Below are positions 6,857 through 12,951 of a stretch of 12,951 nt of DNA, one piece after another (position 1 is the first letter of the stretch; every line of letters begins with the position of its first letter). The notes under the pieces were generated by a model. That model was not told the origin of the DNA and did not search any database. It saw only the letters and a program-made list of their open reading frames with translations. The DNA lies in the NCBI GenBank assembly GCA_038208905.1, contig JBBQYG010000119.1, positions 1-12,951 of the forward strand. Reading direction: 5' to 3'. The stretch comes from Candidatus Sumerlaeia bacterium. GTDB lineage: Bacteria; Sumerlaeota; Sumerlaeia; SLMS01. The position numbers and the translations under genes were made by a program.

Positions 6857-7999
6857 TTGAAGCCATCGAGTACCACGGGGAGGCGCGACGCCCAGTTGCG
6901 CCTCCCCTTTCGTATAGACGTTCACGAGCGCGCGCGCGTCGTGGCGCAGGCGACCGCCTTTCTGGCGGAGGAGCCGGTGACCGTGACCGCCAGCCGATGC
7001 GACCGCAGCGCCGGCGGGCTCCACGACTACTACAGCGAGGGCGACTATTGGTGGCCTGATCCGGAGAACCCCGGTGGTCCCTTCGTCCGCCGCGACGGGC
7101 TCAGCTATCCCGATGTTTTCTCCGACCATCGACGCGCGATGCGGCGGCTCAGCATCCAGTCCGCCGCGCTGGCGGCAGCCCATCGCATCACCGGCGAGGA
7201 ACGATTTGCGAAGCATGCGGAGAGGCACCTTCGCGCGTGGTTCGTGAATCCCGGGACGAGCATGACGCCGCACCTTCTCTATGGGCAGGCCATCAGCGGC
7301 ATCACCACGGGCCGCTGCATCGGCCTGGTGGATACCGTGCACCTGATCGAGGTCGCGCTCGCCGCGCGCCATCTCGACCGCGCGGGAGCGCTCTCCCCCG
7401 CCACCGCCGCCGGAGTGCGCGCGTGGTTCCGTGCCTTCATGGACTGGATGATGAACGACCCCATGGGGATCGAGGAGCGCGACCACGGCAACAACCACAG
7501 CACCTGCTGGGCCGCTCAGGTCGCCGCGTTTGCGCTCTTCCTTGGCGACGAGGCGGTGCTCGCGGGCTGCCGCGAGCGCTTCCGCTTTCTCCTAATCGAC
7601 CAGATGGCCCCCGATGGCAGCTTCCCGCTGGAGCTTGCCCGCACTCGCCCCTACAATTACTCGCTCTTCAACATCGAGCTGATGGGCTCCCTATGCCACC
7701 TCGCGTCCAGCGCGGAAGAGAGCCTCTGGGACTTCGAGGCCGCCGACGGCCGCTCCACCCGCCTCGCCTTCGAGTTCGTGATGCCGTATATACTAGACAA
7801 GGCCTCGTGGACATACGGCGAGGACGTCGCCTACTGGGAGGACTTCCCCATCCGCAACGTCGCCACCTTCCTCGCCGCGCTCGCCTATGGCCGCGCGGAT
7901 TGGTTGGAGCACTGGAAGACCCTCCCCAACGACCCCACCGAGGACGAAGTCGTCCGAAACATGCCGATGCGGCAGCCGGTGCTATGGGTGGGTGAGTGA
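6857..7999 (+). CDS. Alginate-lyase-family (alpha/alpha)n polysaccharide lyase (PF05426-like; possibly PL38), no obvious signal peptide
   Basis: HDYYSEGDYWWPDP...RRDG, LRAWF, MTPHLLYGQAI, catalytic-type GNNH, QMAPDGSFPLELARTRPYNYSLFN. AGGAG (6844-6848) overlaps the GTG at 6848 but lies 8 nt before the in-frame TTG at 6857, which is the preferred start. Confidence 0.88.
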   Translation: MKPSSTTGRRDAQLRLPFRIDVHERARVVAQATAFLAEEPVTVTASRCDRSAGGLHDYYSEGDYWWPDPENPGGPFVRRDGLSYPDVFSDHRRAMRRLSIQSAALAAAHRITGEERFAKHAERHLRAWFVNPGTSMTPHLLYGQAISGITTGRCIGLVDTVHLIEVALAARHLDRAGALSPATAAGVRAWFRAFMDWMMNDPMGIEERDHGNNHSTCWAAQVAAFALFLGDEAVLAGCRERFRFLLIDQMAPDGSFPLELARTRPYNYSLFNIELMGSLCHLASSAEESLWDFEAADGRSTRLAFEFVMPYILDKASWTYGEDVAYWEDFPIRNVATFLAALAYGRADWLEHWKTLPNDPTEDEVVRNMPMRQPVLWVGE

Positions 8000-8005
8000 G
8001 GAAGA

Positions 8006-8058
8006 GGTCGCGGGATCGTAGCGCCCAATTGTGAACACATCTCCACGATCCCGCGGCC
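8006..8058. terminator. Long-loop stem after the lyase stop (terminator/stabiliser or repeat-like element)
   Basis: GGTCGCGGGATCGT (8006-8019) pairs with ACGATCCCGCGGCC (8045-8058): 14 bp including one G-U, 25-nt loop, no U-tract. Confidence 0.5.
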
Positions 8059-8484
8059 AAGTTGGGTCTGGCTGATGCTCCAACTCCTCAAATCGGCGCA
8101 TCGCTTCGGCGTCGTCCGGCTCGAAGTCTGATCTGGGATTCAATTCAAAGTATCCATTGGGTCCGCGCGAAATCAGGAGGAGGGCGTCCCCGACTGATTA
8201 GTACACGTAGGGCTCGGCCCAGCCGGGGCTGTGGCGGTCGGGAAGGGTATCTCCTTCACGCGCAGTGGCCCACTCGTCAAAACAGGCGACAGGTGTTGTT
8301 AGAATCGCAGGATAGTTTTCGATGATGGCCAGGCGCCTGATCGGTATGCCCCTGGCAAACATCCGGTGGTTGAGCGGGCCGCGTCGACGCCCGCGGTTGG
8401 AATCTAATCGGATTCAAATTGAAATTCCGCGAAATTCGGAGCGAATGGCCTCCTATGATAGCTCTCAATCGAGTCACAATGCGC

Positions 8485-8516
8485 TTGACCCCGTCTCGCC
8501 TCACGTATGGTACAGT
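8485..8516 (+). promoter_or_regulatory. Putative promoter of the Lys-rich protein gene
   Basis: TTGACC at 8485-8490, then TATGGT (15-nt spacer) overlapping an extended -10-like TGGTACAGT (8508-8516), about 105 nt upstream of the ATG. Confidence 0.35.
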
Positions 8517-8622
8517 CTTTGCGGAGATGGAAAAGCGGCAATTTGAATTCGCTGCCCCAATGCCCCCTCGCATGACGCGCCTTTCCGACCCGGGGCATGA
8601 CAATACAAACAGGAGAAGCCAA

Positions 8623-9183
8623 ATGGCCGAGTTGGTAAGTTTCTACAGAGTGACAGACGAGGAGGAGGCGATCCTCCTGGCTGCTGTTGACCGTGCCGCC
8701 TACAAGGGCGTGGAGGCCGTCGGCTCGAAGACGGCTCACGTCTTTGCCGTGACGAAGAAGACCGAGAAGGCCGTCGCCGACTACAAGAAGGGGACCGCGC
8801 TGCTCGGGCTGACGCAGCTCAAGGAGGGCCTTCTGGCCCTGGGCATTGGCTTTGGCACGTTGGGCACCCCTGCGGCTGCCACGAAGGGAAGGCGCGGTCG
8901 CCCGCCCGGCTCCGGCAAGAAGGCTGCCGCTGCCCCCGTCGGCAAGCCGGGACGCAAGACGCGCAAGCCGCGCGCACGGCTGGCCGACGACCACAAGAAG
9001 TGGATCGCCGCAGAGGCCGTGAAGGGCGGCTCCTCCGCCTCGATCTTCAAGGCCTTCGTGGAGAAGTTCGGCTTCGCTCCCTCCTATCAGACCGTGAACA
9101 ACTACGCCAAGGCGGCGAAGCCCCAGAAGCCCGCCGCAGCCAAGCCCAAGGCGACGAAGCCCAAGGCGAAGGCCAAGAGCTGA
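8623..9183 (+). CDS. Basic Lys/Ala-rich DNA-binding protein (AT-hook + HTH-like + histone H1-like tail), candidate nucleoid-associated protein, 186 aa
   Basis: AGGAG at 8611-8615 precedes ATG 8623. AT-hook KGRRGRPPGSGKK; helical module LADDHKKWIAAEAVKGGSSASIFKAFVEKFGFAPSYQTVNNY; tail AKAAKPQKPAAAKPKATKPKAKAKS. All 28 Lys codons are AAG. A terminator follows. Confidence 0.85.
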   Translation: MAELVSFYRVTDEEEAILLAAVDRAAYKGVEAVGSKTAHVFAVTKKTEKAVADYKKGTALLGLTQLKEGLLALGIGFGTLGTPAAATKGRRGRPPGSGKKAAAAPVGKPGRKTRKPRARLADDHKKWIAAEAVKGGSSASIFKAFVEKFGFAPSYQTVNNYAKAAKPQKPAAAKPKATKPKAKAKS

Positions 9184-9204
9184 TCAGTCGGAATCGTTCA
9201 AGTG

Positions 9205-9243
9205 GCGCCCCCGCGAGTAGTTCGCGGGGGCGCTTTGCTATTG
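9205..9243. terminator. Rho-independent terminator hairpin between convergent genes
   Basis: Perfect 12-bp stem GCGCCCCCGCGA (9205-9216) / TCGCGGGGGCGC (9222-9233), 5-nt loop, followed by TTTGCTATT. It sits between the stops at 9183 (+) and 9238 (-). Confidence 0.85.
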
Positions 9244-12200
9244 TGGTGTCGGTGTCGCGATGCGTCCCGGCATGGCCGGATAGGGGCTCGCAGTTTCGAT
9301 GAGCCGCGTGAGGAGATCGACGCACTGACGCTGGAGTTCCTCGCCGGAGGGCTCCATGACGCTTTCGATATTCCAATTCTTGACACCACTCACCTCGTAC
9401 TTCCAGTTCTTCCCGGTGGGCGCATTGTCCTCGATAAACAGTCCGAGCTTCTCCGAGGAAATCGGCTGGGAAAGGTCCGGCCAAAGGTCGGCGGGAATCT
9501 CCATCGTGAGGGCGGGTTCGCTGGCGGGGCCGGTCTGCTTCAGGAGTCGCCCGACGCGGGCCATGATGGGATGACCGTCTGAGATTCTCGCAATGCGGGC
9601 AAGCAGCGCGGCCCGGACCGCGAATGGCCGCGCCAGGGCCGGATCGATCGCGCGCAGTGCGTCGGCCATCTCGCATTGGGCGCGAATCCATCCCGATTCG
9701 CGGGGATTCGACATGCAAGTGATGGAAGCTTCGGCGCGCCCCTCCCAGGACTCGCGAAGCCAGTTGGCCACAACAAGATGGAAGTTGGCGAGATCGGGCC
9801 GCTCGTTGCGCTTCAGCTCCAGTTCCAAGCAATAGAGTGTGCTATCCAGCGCGTTGACGTGCCGCGCGGGTAGTATCTTGCGCGAGTATTCGGAGTTTCG
9901 CAGGTAGAGCAGCCGTGCCTCTTCGTCGAGCCCCAGCAGAATGCAAAGCTCTCCGATATTGTCGAAGTAGAGCGCGGATTCCGGATTGTCGATTTTCAGA
10001 TCCTCGAAGCGATTGCGTAGCGCCGTGCCCGCCTGCTCCCGGGCCTCGTCCATTCGTCCCTGCAGCGCATAGATCGCCGCCAGCCGACGATGGATGTGTT
10101 CGTTCGTCACTTCGAGTCCATAGAGGACATCCATCGCCTCGCGATAGATTTCCTCCGCCTCCTCGAATCGACCCTCGGCGGCCCTTACGTCGCCACGATA
10201 GACCATGCCGAGCGTCTTTGTCTGCGGAAAGGTTCCCTGCGCCGTCTTCGCGATCTCGTACTCGCGCATCAACGTTGTGTAGGCCTGATCGTAGCGACCG
10301 AGCGTCGTGTCGAGGAGCGCCTGCATCTGCAGGACGCGGGCGACCTCGGTGTGCACGGGACCAAGTGATCCCTCGCGGACGGCGAGCGCCTGTTGCAACA
10401 GCTTGTCGGATTCGCTGAACCGCCCCGTGGCGCGATACTGCCGCGCCAAGTCGCGATAGGCCTGACCCATGGCCGGGTGGTCCGCTGCAAGGGACTCCTT
10501 CAGGATCGTGTCGGCGCGGCGTCGCATCTCACGTGCCTCGAAGTGGCGCGATTGCGCCGCGCGATAGTCGGCCAGAAGTCGCAGCGTCTCGGCGACGCGG
10601 GGATGCCGGATTCCGTAAGCTGTCTCGCGGATGGCGAGAGCCCGCTCCAGCATCGCGCTTCCCTCCGCGACGATAGATGGGAGTTTTTCCTGCCCCTTGG
10701 AGTACTGGCCGACAAATAGCAGGACGTCGGCGATATCGTTCAGGATGGATGCGATTTCGGGGTCGTCGGCGGGGAGCAGCTTTTCGCGAATCGCGAGAGC
10801 GGTCTTCCAGTCATCGATTCCAAGGTCGCGCCGGGACGTCCGCGCGCGGACGCGACCCCGATGCCAAAGCGCATTGGCGACGGGAAGGCTCTCCTGGCCG
10901 AAGTTCTGCACACGCTCGGCCAGTTCCGCCTCGATGAGCGGTTCCAATTCCTGGTACTCCGCCAGCATGAACATGCCGAGGGCATATTCGTTGAAGGCGT
11001 TCATGTGGATCGGGTCGGCAGTCTTGAGGTACTCCTTGGTAACGGGCTCGATACCACGCGCATACTCCACCCCACGGCGGTAGTCGCCAAGGAGGCGTCT
11101 ATACAGCGCCAGCTTGAGCGACAGCTCTGCCCAGTTGGTCTCGAGAATCTCGAGGCTCCGGCGATAGTAGGTCTTGTAGGAGTCCGCGCGGTCGCCCGAG
11201 TCGCGATAGGCCTCTGCGGTCAGCGCGAGCAGGCGCGCATACTCCGGCGAGCGTGCGCCACTGCGCTCGCGGACGATCTCCGCCGCTTCTTCCAGATGGC
11301 GCGTCGCAAGGTCGGGATTTCCGCGGAGGAATGCGGCATATCCCATGCCCACCAGCGGAGCGGCCGATCCCGGCCGGGCGGCATTGGCCTGGCGATAAAT
11401 CTCGTACGCGCGCGGATAGTCGTCGCGGCTGGCGGCCTCCGCCACAAGCAAGTTCGCCTCCGCAAGCAGCAGCGGGAAGGGCTCGCTCTCCAGACGGTTG
11501 CTGACCATGGGATTCTCGGCGAGACTCTCCCGCTCCTCGCGCAGAATCTGGCGCTGCTTCATCAGGGCGTTGTAGTCGGCCTTCTGCCCGGGCGTGGTCT
11601 GGCGGGGGCTCGACGCCTCCGCCAGCGTGGAGGGAAGCGCGATGTTCAGCGCGAGGCGCTCCGCCAGTTGATTCTCCGCGCTGCGCAGAGCGTTCACCCG
11701 GTCGAAGGTTTCCACGGCGCGATTGCGCTCAAGGATGCGGTAGCTGCCGAAGGCCACGCCGAAGAGCAGCAATGCCGTAGCCACCAGCAGTACGCGGCGC
11801 TGCACTTTCAGCCACGCCGAACGCATCTGGCGCTGGTTGATTTCCACCATGAGCGCGTTGCGCGTCCCTTCGTGCCTGAGGCGTTCCGCTTGAACGCGCG
11901 CCAGCACCAGATCGCCATTGGAGATCGCCGCGCGGGCGAATTCCAGAACCACCGCCTCGCGCAGGGGAGGATATCCTGGATTCGCGGGCCACAGGACGCG
12001 GGCGCGGCTGAGCTGGCTACTCAGGTCCGTCAGCGCGCGATAGTCGCCATTTGCTTCCTTGAGTCGGCGCTCAACGACCTCTATCAGCGTCGCCGCCTCC
12101 CGCCTTCGGCCTGCGCCGGAGAGATAGTCCTGAAGGCCGGTGAGGAAAGCCTTCACAGTGGGCACACGGTCTTCAGGCCGGATCTGCATCGCGCGGAGCG

Positions 12201-12951
12201 CCAAGTCCATCAGCTCCTCCGGCGGCTGCTGCTGTCCTTCTCCATAGGTGGGCATCGCGATGGCGCCGACGCTCGCCATAACGAACGCCTCGGCAGAGTC
12301 CTCCGAGCTGTGGGGCGGCGCGCCGGTGAGGATGTAGAAAAGCGTGGCGCCGAGGAGATAGACGTCGGTCCAGGGCCCCGTTTCGCGCGCCGTGCGAAGG
12401 GTCTGCTCCGGTGCCATGAACGCGACGGTCCCGCTGGGGCTCGGGGCGGTTTCGCGCGTGGGCAGGATATCCAGCGCGGGAAGCGACTCGTCGTCGCCGC
12501 GCGCCAGGTCCATATCGAAGACCATCGCCATGCCCCAATCCATCAGGAGCACTTCGCCGAATTCGCCGACCATCACCTGCGATGGCTTGATGTCGCGATG
12601 CACGATCCCGCGGGAGTGGGCGAATGCCACGGCCTGCGCCACCTGGGTCAGGATCGGGAGGTGCTTGGCGATGTACTCCTCCTCCTGGGTGCCGCGCTCC
12701 GACCGAAGAAGGGTGTTCCACTGGCGCCCGCGCACCAGCTTCATCGCGATCATCGGGCGGCCATCGTCGTCGATCGTCAGGTCATAGATCGGGAGCACGT
12801 TGGGGTGCTCCAGCGCGCCCATGATGATGGCCTCGCACTGGAAGACGGACTCAAGAAAACGGCCCTCGGCACTGGTGGGCGAATGGCTCTTGTAGATGTC
12901 GTCGCGAAGGCGCTTTGCGGCGATGAACCGGCCTAGCGACTTCTGGTAGGT
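9238..12951 (-). CDS. Hanks-type Ser/Thr protein kinase with a transmembrane helix and C-terminal TPR repeats; 5' end outside window
   Basis: The frame is open to the window edge: TYQKSLGRFIAAKRL...FQCEAIIMGALEHPN (subdomains II-IV), HRDIKPSQV, DWG (DFG variant), GTVAFMAPEQ, DVYLLGATLF, RPEDR. TM RRVLLVATALLLFGVAFGSY at ~11740-11800. TPR-like units include LPADDPEIASIL, GIRHPRVAETL, LAADHPAMGQAY and LGPVHTEVARVL. Confidence 0.95.
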   Translation of the reverse strand, partial: TYQKSLGRFIAAKRLRDDIYKSHSPTSAEGRFLESVFQCEAIIMGALEHPNVLPIYDLTIDDDGRPMIAMKLVRGRQWNTLLRSERGTQEEEYIAKHLPILTQVAQAVAFAHSRGIVHRDIKPSQVMVGEFGEVLLMDWGMAMVFDMDLARGDDESLPALDILPTRETAPSPSGTVAFMAPEQTLRTARETGPWTDVYLLGATLFYILTGAPPHSSEDSAEAFVMASVGAIAMPTYGEGQQQPPEELMDLALRAMQIRPEDRVPTVKAFLTGLQDYLSGAGRRREAATLIEVVERRLKEANGDYRALTDLSSQLSRARVLWPANPGYPPLREAVVLEFARAAISNGDLVLARVQAERLRHEGTRNALMVEINQRQMRSAWLKVQRRVLLVATALLLFGVAFGSYRILERNRAVETFDRVNALRSAENQLAERLALNIALPSTLAEASSPRQTTPGQKADYNALMKQRQILREERESLAENPMVSNRLESEPFPLLLAEANLLVAEAASRDDYPRAYEIYRQANAARPGSAAPLVGMGYAAFLRGNPDLATRHLEEAAEIVRERSGARSPEYARLLALTAEAYRDSGDRADSYKTYYRRSLEILETNWAELSLKLALYRRLLGDYRRGVEYARGIEPVTKEYLKTADPIHMNAFNEYALGMFMLAEYQELEPLIEAELAERVQNFGQESLPVANALWHRGRVRARTSRRDLGIDDWKTALAIREKLLPADDPEIASILNDIADVLLFVGQYSKGQEKLPSIVAEGSAMLERALAIRETAYGIRHPRVAETLRLLADYRAAQSRHFEAREMRRRADTILKESLAADHPAMGQAYRDLARQYRATGRFSESDKLLQQALAVREGSLGPVHTEVARVLQMQALLDTTLGRYDQAYTTLMREYEIAKTAQGTFPQTKTLGMVYRGDVRAAEGRFEEAEEIYREAMDVLYGLEVTNEHIHRRLAAIYALQGRMDEAREQAGTALRNRFEDLKIDNPESALYFDNIGELCILLGLDEEARLLYLRNSEYSRKILPARHVNALDSTLYCLELELKRNERPDLANFHLVVANWLRESWEGRAEASITCMSNPRESGWIRAQCEMADALRAIDPALARPFAVRAALLARIARISDGHPIMARVGRLLKQTGPASEPALTMEIPADLWPDLSQPISSEKLGLFIEDNAPTGKNWKYEVSGVKNWNIESVMEPSGEELQRQCVDLLTRLIETASPYPAMPGRIATPTPQ

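Noticed and set aside
8062..8603. Short ORFs 8062..8325, 8277..8603 and 8322..8546
   Set aside because: No RBS, atypical composition, no recognisable domains, and they overlap each other.
8419..8622. N-terminal 68-aa extension of the Lys-rich protein
   Set aside because: A strong AGGAG precedes ATG 8623, codon bias starts there, and the extension spans the putative promoter.
10861..12936. 691-aa + strand ORF
   Set aside because: Antisense shadow of the kinase-TPR gene, as expected in GC-rich DNA.
1..12951. CRISPR array, tRNA/rRNA, IS or prophage elements
   Set aside because: No regularly spaced direct repeats, cloverleaf or rRNA motifs, transposase or integrase seen by eye. The repeats found are protein-level (CBM, TPR, Lys-rich tail) or single hairpins.

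Overview
GC-rich bacterial DNA. The prepilin signature and the kinase-TPR type suggest Ca. Sumerlaeota/BRC1 or a similar lineage (inference only). Bases 1-8000 form a uronic-acid polysaccharide utilisation locus around a LacI-family regulator (4901-5923). The leftward operon encodes a secreted tandem CBM-like protein, an aldo/keto reductase, a UxuA-type mannonate dehydratase and a secreted beta-helix polysaccharide lyase-like protein (DUF4955/PL29-like). That last gene runs off the left edge and is missing from the ORF track. The rightward operon encodes a type IV prepilin-like protein and an alginate-lyase-family enzyme. Both promoter regions carry the same near-palindromic 17-bp site (TGCTAACGCG[C/G]GTTAGT), so a pilin-like gene appears to belong to a sugar-responsive regulon. 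To the right are a ~620-bp non-coding region, a lysine-rich protein with AT-hook, HTH-like and histone-H1-like parts (candidate nucleoid-associated protein), a terminator hairpin, and a convergent 5'-truncated membrane Ser/Thr kinase with TPR repeats. No rRNA, tRNA, CRISPR array or mobile element was recognised.
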